Source: Barthelona sp. PAP020 (Eukaryota). From it: a stretch of 55,027 nucleotides of DNA. How positions within the stretch are numbered: position 1 is the first letter of the stretch; each line of letters begins with the position of its first letter. A model generated the notes under the pieces. That model did no database searches. It was not told the DNA's origin and worked only from the letters and a program-made list of their open reading frames with translations. The position numbers and the translations under genes were made by a program. The stretch spans positions 1-55,027 of the forward strand of contig JARQWU010000037.1 in the NCBI GenBank assembly GCA_040182905.1, read 5' to 3'. Below, piece after piece: positions 20,417 to 31,149 of the stretch.

Positions 20417-21031
20417 TCAGCACATACATTTAGGTTTGTCTGTTTCACCCTTCAAATCAACCAAGTTGTAAATATCATCAACCGATTCATTCTCAACTAT
20501 TCTTTCCATCTCGGCAAAAATCAGTTTTTTTAAATCTTCAAAATTATGACCAGTTTTAGCTGAAATAATGATACCGGTCATTGAATTCTCCTGTAATTTA
20601 ATGTGAATATCCATTGGTATTTCAAAATCAGGAACAAGATCAAATTTATTGAAGAGTACAATTATTTTACAATTTGGAGATTGTTCTTGAACCATTTCAA
20701 ACCAACTATCAATGGAATCTATTGTTTTTCTTTTGGATATATCAACAACAATAAGTCCTATTTTACAGTTTCTTAACTGACTTGGAATTGTAGCTCGATA
20801 ACGTTCATGACCAGGAGAATCCCATATTTCGAATTTTTTTAATTCATCATTCTTTTTTAATGAAAATAAAGTTAATGTTGGTGCAATCGTTGATCTGACA
20901 AAAATATCCCAATAATCAGTTGTAATTCTACGTATTACTGAAGTCTTACCACAAGAATAATCACCAATAAGGACAACTTTTCCACTTGACGGTAATTGAT
21001 TTAAATCATTGTGTGTATTGTTATTTCTCAT
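20417..21031 (-). CDS. Divergent Rab-family small GTPase
   Basis: GDYSCGKT, WDSPGHE, NKFD, SAK, C-terminal CxC (CMC) prenylation motif. Confidence 0.9.
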   Translation of the reverse strand: MRNNNTHNDLNQLPSSGKVVLIGDYSCGKTSVIRRITTDYWDIFVRSTIAPTLTLFSLKKNDELKKFEIWDSPGHERYRATIPSQLRNCKIGLIVVDISKRKTIDSIDSWFEMVQEQSPNCKIIVLFNKFDLVPDFEIPMDIHIKLQENSMTGIIISAKTGHNFEDLKKLIFAEMERIVENESVDDIYNLVDLKGETDKPKCMC

Positions 21032-21299
21032 CTACAATGTATCGTTTCTGTCTATATTTGACAAAATAAACTAAAATGCTTCACAGACAAAAATATAAAT
21101 GGAAATTCTTTTTTTTTTTTAAAAGACAATTATAGGACAATTTTTTATTAATTCAAAGATCAAAAATATCACAAAGGTGATTAAAACTTGTCTGTAAAAA
21201 AACAAAACAAAAAAAAAAGCGATTTTATGTGTTAAATACATTAATTGATTGATGCAAAATTAATAAAAAAATTATTATTTGTAATATTATTATTATAGA

Positions 21300-21554
21300 C
21301 TAGTTATATCTGAATAATTTCATTCCAACCCACGACATGTAACCAAAAAGATACATAAATATTATAGATGCTGGTAATAACCATAAATAATATTCATTTT
21401 TGCAAAAACTTAATTCCCCATCAGTAAAATGATTGATAATTCCACAAGTTCCAAAGACAAAAAAAAAGACAAATGAAAAGAAGATCAATAAACTTCCAAA
21501 TATTAAATTCCTTAAATAATTTGTGTTAGAATGTTGGAAATTAAGGAATCTCAT
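21300..21554 (-). CDS. PIGY: PIG-Y/Eri1-like GPI-GlcNAc transferase subunit
   Basis: Two TM helices, YYLWLLP and C-terminal WVGMKLFRYN typical of PIG-Y. Confidence 0.75.
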   Translation of the reverse strand: MRFLNFQHSNTNYLRNLIFGSLLIFFSFVFFFVFGTCGIINHFTDGELSFCKNEYYLWLLPASIIFMYLFGYMSWVGMKLFRYN

Positions 21555-21606
21555 CACAAAAAAACATTGAGTGTTTTGGTTCCTATCTTTTTTTTTTTTG
21601 AATAGA

Positions 21607-22278
21607 ATGAATAGAATAGAATTAATACTTTTATCAAGTTATTTTTTAATAAGTGTGTTTGCGTTGACTAATTATCAAACAAATCCTACAAATGTTAGAA
21701 AAACCAAAACATTTGCAATGAAAGATCCTATCTTTTTTGAAATGGTTGTTGTTGATGGAGACAATTATTCTAACCCTACTCTTGCTGTTGGAAGATTTTT
21801 CCCCAAGGTAGATACTTATACAGCTTTGGAAGGCATTAATTTTGGAAATATTTCAACAATAAAGGGTAATAACGACTCTCATGTTTATTTCCAAATAAAA
21901 TATGCTGATACTCAAGTGTTAAAATCTCCTTTGGTACGTTTTGCAACACCAACCACTTTTGTTGACTTTTATAATGTCATTATCACTCTTAATGAAGGTG
22001 TTCCTTATGCTATCACCTTCGATGAATTGTGTGATCGTTGCAAAGACACTTGTTTGGGAGGTGGTTGTCCAATCCAATATTCCGATCGTGATTGCACCAA
22101 GAATCGTTGCAATCCCAAAGCTTATGTTGCATTTTATGGCACAGATTCCGCAGGTAAGTCCTTAATGTCTTCTGCAAATTTAATCAGTAGATTGCAAAAT
22201 TTCAGCATCAATGGATTAGTAGACCAAGGACATGATTTTTATAACGCTGTTTATGAAAGGATAGAAAATAGTTTATAA
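21607..22278 (+). CDS. Secreted Cys-rich protein resembling plant Expp1-like uncharacterised family
   Basis: Signal peptide; CxxC..C...C...C cluster followed by VAFYGTD..G..L.S....RLQNFS; family call is from memory. Confidence 0.7.
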   Translation: MNRIELILLSSYFLISVFALTNYQTNPTNVRKTKTFAMKDPIFFEMVVVDGDNYSNPTLAVGRFFPKVDTYTALEGINFGNISTIKGNNDSHVYFQIKYADTQVLKSPLVRFATPTTFVDFYNVIITLNEGVPYAITFDELCDRCKDTCLGGGCPIQYSDRDCTKNRCNPKAYVAFYGTDSAGKSLMSSANLISRLQNFSINGLVDQGHDFYNAVYERIENSL

Positions 22279-22693
22279 ATGTAAATGTATTGCCTGCTTT
22301 TTTTTAGAAAAAAAAACAAAAATTTACACATGAACACATTATTGGGGGGCATACCCCACCTATCTACCTTCAAGTGTGGGATTTATTTGCATTTGTGAGT
22401 ACAAAATGAAAAAAGAAAATTGAAGTTTGTTTATAAGACAATTTTTTTTCAACAGCATAACATGTGACTGAAACAACAGATCTGTACGAATACAGAAAAG
22501 TTATGAAGCACAACTTTAAAATAAATAAAACACTCCCACACTTTAATAAAGAGTGACATTTTTCAATTATTGATCTCTCAAAGATATCTAAAGTGAATAT
22601 TTGGTGGAAAGGAAAAAAACAAATATTTACAAAGAAAAAAAATAACTACCTTTAAAACAATTAAAATCGAAGGAATACAATCTAATCAATCAA

Positions 22694-23062
22694 TCAATCA
22701 TTGTTATTTGCAAAGTCTTCTTCAAATATTATGAATGAAGCAACATCTTTGTAAAAATCAATACCATTTTGATTAATTTTAATCCTTAAAGAAACAAAAA
22801 ACCTTTGACCACGAACAATTAATCCTTCCTTCTGAAAAAAATGGAAACAGTATGTTTCATTATCAGGTTTTAGTAATAATTCTCTTTTACCACAAATCCC
22901 ACTTAAAATTTCGTTTTTTTCTATCCAAATTGCAGTAACATATCTAGTTGAAGAATCAATGAAAGTAACTTTCAATGAATTCGAAGAAGGTAAGTTATAT
23001 TCTTCATCGTGTTTTTTGTATAAACATAAATCAAGATTTTCTTCTTGATGTAATAACAACAT
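22694..23062 (-). CDS. Hypothetical protein
   Basis: ATG-initiated 122-aa ORF; TGTAAA motif about 60 nt downstream as for other genes. Confidence 0.5.
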   Translation of the reverse strand: MLLLHQEENLDLCLYKKHDEEYNLPSSNSLKVTFIDSSTRYVTAIWIEKNEILSGICGKRELLLKPDNETYCFHFFQKEGLIVRGQRFFVSLRIKINQNGIDFYKDVASFIIFEEDFANNND

Positions 23063-23490
23063 TCAAAATTATCTTTAAAATAAAATCAACAATGAATAAA
23101 GAATAGTTCTTTAATAGTTATCCAATAGTTTAAACAATTATTATTACTTTTCATTTTGATTGACTTAAAACAATTGTATTCATTGAACAATATTCTTTTT
23201 AAAGACACCAAGAACTAAAACTATTTCAAAGATTTTTTTACTTATATCATTGGTCCAATTTTAAAGTTGTTTTGGGTGAAGTTGGTTTTTCTAAAGATAT
23301 ATTATATAATAAAGGTGAATTAATATCATAATCTGATAAAGTTTCAATGCTTATACATTTGAGTTTAATTAGAACCCTAATGAAAAGATTTTCACCAGTA
23401 TTCCAACACATTGAAAAAAGAATAAAATAAACCCTAAGAACTATTGAAAACTTGATTGTTGTTAAATATCGTATTTCATTTTTTAAAGAA

Positions 23491-25311
23491 ATGAATATTG
23501 ATCCTGGTGATGAAATAATAGGATTTGATGTTGATGACGAAGTTGAATCGAACAAAGATGTTAGTTCTTACAATTCCAAGAAAATTTCAATTTGTTGGAG
23601 AAGAACACTCACATTTATAATAATATCAAGTATAATAATAATTGCTTCGTTCATATTTATTTATTTTGGAGAGCAAGAACCATATCTTGACCCTTTGAAA
23701 AGAGAATTTTTGGAAGAATTTTCTGCAGATTATGGATATAAAGACAATATCGGATTGAGTATTGAATCAATGAGAGGTAAACAATTACCCCAATTGGATA
23801 ACAATTATTATCTTGATTATACAGGTGCGTCATTAGCTACCAGACAACAAATATTTGAAAGTTCAGATTTATTAATAAATAATTTATGGGGAAATCCACA
23901 TTCTGTCAATCCTTCATCATCTTATTCGAATTTACAGTTTGCTAGAACAACTGCGATGCTATTGGATTTCCTCGGCACCTCAGCAGATACTCATTCTGTT
24001 ATATATACATCAGGTGCAACAGAAGCAATAAAAATTGTGGGCGAGAATTTTGATTCCAACAGTGATTCTGTATTTGTCTATTCTACTGTTAATCATGCGT
24101 CGGTAGTTGGTTTAACACAATTTTTCGATCCTAATCAACTGATTCCTGTTTCTTCGTTAAGCATTACTGTCTTACGAGAAACTATTTTCAATCTGATTAA
24201 TGAGAGGGCTTTTCCATTGAAAAATGTGTTGAATTTAATAGCTATTCCTTTACAGAGTAATTTAGATGGTAGCATTGTTAGCCTTGTTGAATTAAATGAT
24301 CTTTACACTGATTTATTGATGAAAGACAAGGATAATCGGTGGTTATTTTTAGTTGATGGTGCTGCGTATGTTCCTACCCATAAGATGAATTTGCAGGAGC
24401 AGCTGCAGATTGATTTTTTCCCAATTAGTTTCTATAAGATTTTTGGGTATCCTACGGGTTTAGGTGCGTTAGTTGTCAAAAGAGAAGTGGCAAACGTTTT
24501 AAAAAAGAAGTATTTTGGTGGTGGTACAATTCTATATACCACAACAGAAAGTCTTCTTTCGGAAGAGAATATTTACAGACACAAGAGTTTTACCACTAGA
24601 TTTCAGGATGGTACTGTTGCTTTCTCTTTGATTCCTCAACTTCAATTTGGGTTTAAGATGATCAATTCTTTATCGATGTCTAAAGTTAACAAACATACGA
24701 TGAGTTTAACCAATTTTTTAGTAAAAAAGTTAAATCTACTGAAATATAAGAATTATGCCATAAATCCAATTATTTTTGCAGGAAAACATTCAAATGTCGC
24801 TAAAGACAAAATTATAAGTGTGGATGCAGCAGAACAAGGACCAATCATTGCAATTATGTTAAAGAAAGTCAATGGACAATACATATCTTCAAGGGCTTTT
24901 GTTGACAGTGCTTCTTTTCAAAAGATACATCTCAGAGAAGGTTGTCAGTGTAATTATGGGCATTGTGACATTATAAATGGGATTGATGAAACTTTTAGAG
25001 AGGATTATTTTCATAATCAATGTTGCCACGGCGATGAAAAAGAAAATTCATGTTTTCCAGTGGATACATTTTCAAATTGGACAAAAAGATTTGAACAAGC
25101 TCTTGATGATGGTAGCTGTGGTTGTGGTGCTTCATCTGTTGATCCAATTAAGTGTCCTGATGTTTTTAAAAGTAGACCTTTGGGGGTAATTCGAATTTCT
25201 TTTGGTTATAGTTCTTCTTTTGAAGATATTAAAGCATTTTATAATTTTTTGATTGAATATTTAACTAAAGAAGGTGGTGATACTATTATAGAAGTGTCTG
25301 ATAAAGTGTAA
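23491..25311 (+). CDS. Molybdenum cofactor sulfurase-like PLP-dependent (class V aminotransferase) protein with N-terminal TM anchor, no MOSC domain
   Basis: YLDYTGA, GNPHS, TSGATEA, SFYKIFGYPTGLGAL (PLP Lys), GGGT, LREGCQCN, IRISFG. Confidence 0.85.
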   Translation: MNIDPGDEIIGFDVDDEVESNKDVSSYNSKKISICWRRTLTFIIISSIIIIASFIFIYFGEQEPYLDPLKREFLEEFSADYGYKDNIGLSIESMRGKQLPQLDNNYYLDYTGASLATRQQIFESSDLLINNLWGNPHSVNPSSSYSNLQFARTTAMLLDFLGTSADTHSVIYTSGATEAIKIVGENFDSNSDSVFVYSTVNHASVVGLTQFFDPNQLIPVSSLSITVLRETIFNLINERAFPLKNVLNLIAIPLQSNLDGSIVSLVELNDLYTDLLMKDKDNRWLFLVDGAAYVPTHKMNLQEQLQIDFFPISFYKIFGYPTGLGALVVKREVANVLKKKYFGGGTILYTTTESLLSEENIYRHKSFTTRFQDGTVAFSLIPQLQFGFKMINSLSMSKVNKHTMSLTNFLVKKLNLLKYKNYAINPIIFAGKHSNVAKDKIISVDAAEQGPIIAIMLKKVNGQYISSRAFVDSASFQKIHLREGCQCNYGHCDIINGIDETFREDYFHNQCCHGDEKENSCFPVDTFSNWTKRFEQALDDGSCGCGASSVDPIKCPDVFKSRPLGVIRISFGYSSSFEDIKAFYNFLIEYLTKEGGDTIIEVSDKV

Positions 25312-25921
25312 TTGGATAGACAATAAATAATTAGTGTGTGGATATTTTTTTCTTTGACATATCTTAAAGAATATAAAAGAAGCCAAATGAAATTAAAATA
25401 AAGGAACAAACAGACTTTTCAAGTCTTTTTTACTTGAAAAGGATTTCAATCTTTGTATTTTATTCCAACAATGGTTATTTTATCACTAAAATTCAAAAAT
25501 ATGAAAAGAAACAATTAATTCAATTGAAATTAAAACAAAATAAATAATATTTGGTCTCATCAAATAAGTTTTCATTTACGTTTATAGACGCCCTGATTAT
25601 CGTAACAGAGAGAGATAATCACATACGTAGACAAAGTTTCCAATATTGGAAGTGATTAGTAACAATCGTTTTGGCGGTAAAGTGAAATAGATCTACATAA
25701 GTTTTATTTTCTGCTCTATACAGCAAGCCCACATTCTAAGATTACGTATTTTTTTTTTTTAAAAAAGAAGGCTACCCTTCGACATCAATTACGCTCAAGA
25801 CAAGTTCGATCACCCCAATAAAATCCCAAACTCTCAGAAACAAAGTCTATAAACAAAAAAATTATAAATGAAAAAATTGAAATAAAATTTTTTTTTATGA
25901 AACAGATGAAATACTAAAATA

Positions 25922-28723
25922 ATGAATGGTTTAGTTGATAAAAAACCACGTAAGTTGGAAAAATTACTTACTTTATACAAAAATGAAATTCCAATTGAGT
26001 TGTTAGATTCGATAAAAATGATAATTGAAGAAAATAAATTGAAAGAAAAACAACACGAAAATGATTTAAAATATTTACATCAACTTATAAAGACGAGAGA
26101 TGATAGATTAGTAGGATATCGAACATTTGTTCGTCGAATCGTGAGTCATTTACAAATTGTAGAGAAATTGACCTTTAATCCAATGGAATCTCAATTATTT
26201 CAGCAAATGAATCGTGAAATGGTTGAACGATCCATTCAAACTGATTTAGATGATGCAACAGATTTCGAAGGAATGTTCTATCGAGTTTCTGATGAATATG
26301 CCTTGATGAAAAATCAATACTTTGAATTGAATAAGAGTAAGATATCGAAGATGGAGGAATTGGAAAAGAGTAGAATGAGCCAATATGATTCTAACATTGT
26401 AAAACAGTATCTATTAAATTGTACCGAAACAAAGACCAAGGGCATTAATGTTAATGTTAAGTTAGATAAGCTTAAGCAAAAATCCTTGAAGAAAAAGGGT
26501 GCGAATGCTTTGACTGTTGAAACACAAACAACCATTGAGAATTTCAATAACAGGGAAGAACAAGAGTGTATAGTGCCAGAATCACATGTTGAAATTGATC
26601 AATATCAGAATGTTTCAATTGAAGAAAAAGAAGAAGAAGAAGAAGAAGAAGAAGAAGCAGTATTAATGGAAGAAGATCCAAACAAAATTGATGAAATAAG
26701 GTCAACATATCAAAAAAAGCCTGATTTAAGTTGTTTTGAAAGTCAACAAAATTCAAGATCCTTTACCAAAATGACCATCAAACTGAAGGATAAAAATTCA
26801 CGTGAACTGTCAAAAATACAAAAGAATGGGTTGATTACTGATTTAAAATTAACCAAAGTAAGAGCAAATTCCAGAGAAGGATTCGTTGATTCAAAGCTTG
26901 CTCAAAGTTTTCGACAGCGTTCGAGTTCTCGTGAAAGTTGTGAAAGTAATTCTTCTTCTAATTCATTATACAGTGATAGAATTGATAATATGAACAATAT
27001 TTCAAAAAAAAGAGGGGGAGATTATGATCCTTATGATATAATGATAGACACAGGGGATAATCGTGTTCCTGTTCCAATAAAATCTGCTAGGACCAATAAT
27101 TCTTCCTCTCATATGGCTTTAAATGAACCCAAAGCCTTACCAAAACAATCTTCAAAATCTCTTAGAACTGTGAAATCAGTTAAATCTGTCAAACCTGCTA
27201 AATCTCCCAAGACCACAAAAAAGAAAAAAATAAAGCATAAATCTTCCTCAAAGACGTCTGTTCGTTCATCTAACAATATCAATTCCAGTGGAAATGGTGA
27301 TAAATCTGAACGCAAAGTGCCGAAAAGTGCTAGAAGTGCCAGAACAAGATTGGGTAAAAATTCTTCTCGTTCGACGACTGATAATGATCAAAATGCTGGA
27401 AGTATTCATAATCCATATTTTGATTTCAACAAGATTCAAGGAGATTCAATGAATTTACTAGAGCTTGATTATAAGACAAAGATTCTTTCCAAACCTTTTC
27501 ACAAGTTGAATAGTCCACAGAGTTTTCAAAATCCTCCAAAAACCTTCTTTCAATCTTCCATAAACATTGGATCTTCTGAACATGAATCCAACATGGAAAC
27601 GTTTGATATGAGTAATGAAAAGCATGTTGCTGACAAATTAAACATTAGAATTGACAGTAATTTTTCCAAGGGTCTGTATAATTGGAAGATATTAACGAGA
27701 GCATTGTTTAGTCATTATTTCTTGAATATTATACTTGAGAACAAAGTTTTAGATGATAAATACAATAGAGACAATTTTGAAAAGTTGCAAAGTGAAGTAA
27801 AAGAAAAAGAAAACGAAGAAGAAGTGAAAGAAAATGATAGAGATCATGGTTATAATATTGAAAGAACTCCACAGATACCTGCTAATTTTCATCAACTTTC
27901 AGAAATTGAACAAGAAGAAATCAAAGTTTCGATTTTATCTTTTTTACATCTCAATTCACCAAATTTTGTTAATTCATCTTATTTTAATGACTCTGGTATT
28001 CATTATAGAAATATAAATGGAAAAATAAGTAAGATTGGAATAAAACAGAAGCCACGATACAATGTCAACAAATTTGAACAGATTCCAGTTTCATCTTTTG
28101 ATTACAAGAAAAAGAAACCTATTTTATACATAAGAAATCAAGATCTGATCTTACCTGTAGAATTAGACAAGATGACTGGTAATGAGGAACATTTTGGTTT
28201 TAATGAGATGAATAATTTTTCTTTTTTGCAAGAACAACGTGAAAATAGGATTAATTCTGGAATAAAATATAAAAAACGATTATTAAGACCATATACAGTT
28301 CAAACATTGGAAGATTTGAAGACATTAGAAGAATTATTTGTCAACAATGACACATATGAGCCCTTAGATTCTGCTGGTACCAATAAATCCTCAGAAGCTG
28401 ATAATTCTGCCTCATTCAACGATTATAGTCAAAATGACTCAAACCAGTCACCACAACCACCTCAACTAAATTACATCAATTTATTAGATGACCACAAATA
28501 TCCACAGTTTGCTTTTCCTCCAATTGATGAATTTAATGCACAAAAGGTTAGACCATCGAAAAGTATTCATGTTAAGGACAAAAATCCGTATTCCCAAGAT
28601 ATCGCTAGCATAAGGAGGGAAAAGAAGGAGAGGATTCCTCAAGTTACTCAAGACCAGCTGGAAGATTTAAAAAAGAATATTGAAAACGCGACTATTGCAT
28701 TGAATAATCTGATTTCAAGATAG
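25922..28723 (+). CDS. Hypothetical protein: N-terminal coiled coil plus long S/K-rich disordered region
   Basis: 933-aa ORF; poly-E (GAA)n tract near 26625-26657. Confidence 0.8.
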   Translation: MNGLVDKKPRKLEKLLTLYKNEIPIELLDSIKMIIEENKLKEKQHENDLKYLHQLIKTRDDRLVGYRTFVRRIVSHLQIVEKLTFNPMESQLFQQMNREMVERSIQTDLDDATDFEGMFYRVSDEYALMKNQYFELNKSKISKMEELEKSRMSQYDSNIVKQYLLNCTETKTKGINVNVKLDKLKQKSLKKKGANALTVETQTTIENFNNREEQECIVPESHVEIDQYQNVSIEEKEEEEEEEEEAVLMEEDPNKIDEIRSTYQKKPDLSCFESQQNSRSFTKMTIKLKDKNSRELSKIQKNGLITDLKLTKVRANSREGFVDSKLAQSFRQRSSSRESCESNSSSNSLYSDRIDNMNNISKKRGGDYDPYDIMIDTGDNRVPVPIKSARTNNSSSHMALNEPKALPKQSSKSLRTVKSVKSVKPAKSPKTTKKKKIKHKSSSKTSVRSSNNINSSGNGDKSERKVPKSARSARTRLGKNSSRSTTDNDQNAGSIHNPYFDFNKIQGDSMNLLELDYKTKILSKPFHKLNSPQSFQNPPKTFFQSSINIGSSEHESNMETFDMSNEKHVADKLNIRIDSNFSKGLYNWKILTRALFSHYFLNIILENKVLDDKYNRDNFEKLQSEVKEKENEEEVKENDRDHGYNIERTPQIPANFHQLSEIEQEEIKVSILSFLHLNSPNFVNSSYFNDSGIHYRNINGKISKIGIKQKPRYNVNKFEQIPVSSFDYKKKKPILYIRNQDLILPVELDKMTGNEEHFGFNEMNNFSFLQEQRENRINSGIKYKKRLLRPYTVQTLEDLKTLEELFVNNDTYEPLDSAGTNKSSEADNSASFNDYSQNDSNQSPQPPQLNYINLLDDHKYPQFAFPPIDEFNAQKVRPSKSIHVKDKNPYSQDIASIRREKKERIPQVTQDQLEDLKKNIENATIALNNLISR

Positions 28724-28854
28724 TTGTTTCAGGTATAAATTCGTTTTACCGATGTTTAATTGGATTGGCATTTCATTTCATTAATGTATGGTCATTCTAT
28801 TTTTGATTGTGGTATTTAATAACCACAATGTGTAAAAATTCCGATTTTTTTTTA

Positions 28855-28885
28855 ATTTTCAGACCAAGAAGCATTGTGGGCTTGA
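28855..28885 (+). repeat. Head fragment of the ~300-bp dispersed repeat
   Basis: accaagaagcattgtg matches the heads at ~41508 (accaagaagcactgtg) and ~41858 (accatgaagcattgtg). Confidence 0.55.
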
Positions 28886-28922
28886 GATAAAGAGAGAAAG
28901 AGAAAGAAAACAATGTGCCTTC

Positions 28923-29115
28923 ATGGTTTATCTATGTCAAAATCGTCATCTTGTTATTAGAATGCTCTTGGATTATGACCCTGCTCCATTATACATCAGT
29001 TGTCATCATGGTCATCTCGATGTTGCCAAAATGCTTTTGGATCATAACACTGATGTTAATTTATGGGAGAGTGAATGTGGTTTTCCATTCTTTCTTTGTT
29101 GTGGAAATGGTCAGA
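28923..29115 (+). pseudogene. Orphan degenerate ankyrin-repeat cassette (~2.5 repeats) of the 40117/42647 family
   Basis: ctccattatacatcagttgtcatcatggtcatctcgatgttgccaaaatgcttttggatcat nearly identical to the 99-bp repeats; lacks N- and C-cap and has internal deletions. Confidence 0.8.
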
Positions 29116-29450
29116 TTCAAAATCAAGGGACATTTCAAATTGTTGAACTCTTGCAGCCCTGCTGCAATTTCTTTATTATGTCTTGCTCTCTTGGGGTGGG
29201 AGGGAGAGGGGGATGACTGAAATTTGCATGATTGAGTATTCTCTATTTACTTTCTCTGTAAACAAATACATTTGTTTCACAAATGGATCAAATTTTAGCC
29301 AGTTTCATGTGATCATACAAAAAGCCCTTTATAGCACCAATAGAACAAAAACAAACAATTAATTTACATTTAAATTTTCCCTCATTTATTTTGCTTCTTA
29401 AAGATCCAAAAGAAAATACGCACCCCAACAATACATGTGAAATCAATATT

Positions 29451-30746
29451 CTATTGTACTTTATCAAGTTCATCCATAACTTCTTTATAACAATCAATAC
29501 CCATGCGCAATGTGTTCGTTGGAATGTGTTCATCACAGCAATGCAAAGTTATTGCGCCAAAAGGGATGATAGAAAATCCATAGCATGGAAAAAATTTCCT
29601 GAACCATCTTGAATCTGTTGAACCAGGCATCGAACAAAACTTATAATCAAAGTTCAGTTTTCTTAAAGCACTTTCAAAACAATCAGTGAGAGGAGTATTT
29701 AGAGGAGAATCAAATATAAAACATTCTTGAATTCTAAAGACGCAATTATCCATCCCAAAATGACTTTGTATTGTTTCAATCACTTGATCACAAGGCGTTT
29801 CCGAATTAAATCTGCAATCAAAAAAAACATACATTTTGTCACTAACAGGGGTTCCATTAATTTTCAAAATGCGTTTACCTGCATGCAGTGAATGAAATTC
29901 CTTGACGAAAGATCTATTTGCTGTGTGATAATCCTGTAACGAACCATGATGTTGCTCACCATTTCCTTCTATGATAACACCACCTTCAATTTCAACAATT
30001 ATTTTACCAGGAACAATATTATGATAGGTATTGGGATCGAATTTGCAATAATCATTTATTTCGGTCAAATTGTTTGAAACTTTACACCTAGCAAACGAAT
30101 CAAGCATATTTTGAAGATCAAAAAGCTTCTGTGACAATTGATCATCGTTATTGAAAAAGCAATCCAATCCATTGATGAAAGCCTCTTTAGCTGTGATAGG
30201 AATAACTCCATCAGGAGCGGCAAGCGATTCATCTAACATCACAAGAACCTCTCCAAGAATTTCAATGTTGTTTTTCAATAATACTGCACCTTTTTTTCCA
30301 CCATCTTCTTCATCGGGACAGATGACAATCTTTACAGTTCTTAAACCACGACCTCTTTCCATCATTGCAAACAAATGTTCAATACACACACATTTCATGT
30401 CACTTGTACCTCTTCCACCAATAGTATCATCAACAATAGAACCAAAAGGCTCATATTTCTTCCAATGATCAATCGAACCAATATCTACAACATCACTATG
30501 TGAATATAATATAATAGAAGGTAATGAAGGATTAGTACCTGATATTGTTAAAATAATAATAGGATATTCACCTCTTAAATCTTCATTAAAATTATATGTC
30601 TTAAAATCCCAATCAAGATTAAAAGTTTTCAAAAAGTCTTGAAAAAAAGAAACAACCTCCAGATATCTTTTTGGATTTTTTGGAGTTGTATCAATTCTTA
30701 CATATTTTAAAAATTGTTCAATTACAGCATTTTGTTCAAAAATCAT
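29451..30746 (-). CDS. Aminoacylase-1-like M20 metallopeptidase
   Basis: SHSDVV, GRGTSDMK, PDEEDGG, DESLA, GSTDSR, LHCCDE; first ATG at 30746. Confidence 0.9.
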   Translation of the reverse strand: MIFEQNAVIEQFLKYVRIDTTPKNPKRYLEVVSFFQDFLKTFNLDWDFKTYNFNEDLRGEYPIIILTISGTNPSLPSIILYSHSDVVDIGSIDHWKKYEPFGSIVDDTIGGRGTSDMKCVCIEHLFAMMERGRGLRTVKIVICPDEEDGGKKGAVLLKNNIEILGEVLVMLDESLAAPDGVIPITAKEAFINGLDCFFNNDDQLSQKLFDLQNMLDSFARCKVSNNLTEINDYCKFDPNTYHNIVPGKIIVEIEGGVIIEGNGEQHHGSLQDYHTANRSFVKEFHSLHAGKRILKINGTPVSDKMYVFFDCRFNSETPCDQVIETIQSHFGMDNCVFRIQECFIFDSPLNTPLTDCFESALRKLNFDYKFCSMPGSTDSRWFRKFFPCYGFSIIPFGAITLHCCDEHIPTNTLRMGIDCYKEVMDELDKVQ

Positions 30747-31149
30747 GTAATTGCAAAAGAAAAAGTAGAAGGAACAAAATTGACGAAAAGAAAGCAAAAA
30801 ACTGCTGAAAAAAAAAGGCAAACAGTCGTTATTTCAACAAATAATGAAATATTTATGAAGAAAATGTAAAAATATACCCAATTCAAAACACTTTATTAGC
30901 TGCAAATTTAAAGAAGGGTTCCAGTTTCATTCAAAAACAACAATAAATAAAGCCTTTATAACACAACCATTATTGAGTCAGATTCAACTTTATTGAATAT
31001 TAGAATAAACGAGTGCAAAATAATTACAGTGAAATCAGTCATATACTTGTAATTTTGGTTTAACAACATTGAATTTGATGCTAAATTTAGCGTTTCACCC
31101 TGATTTTCATTTTTGTTTTCAATATCCCATAAACTAATTAAGAATTAGT

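Noticed and set aside
22344..22543. GC-rich patch ggggggcatacccc and 10-bp inverted pair aagtgtggga/tcccacactt as a possible MITE or ncRNA
   Set aside because: Too short, single occurrence, no TSD
25604..25625. ACAGAGA box suggesting U6 snRNA
   Set aside because: No AGC triad or U6 internal stem-loop follows
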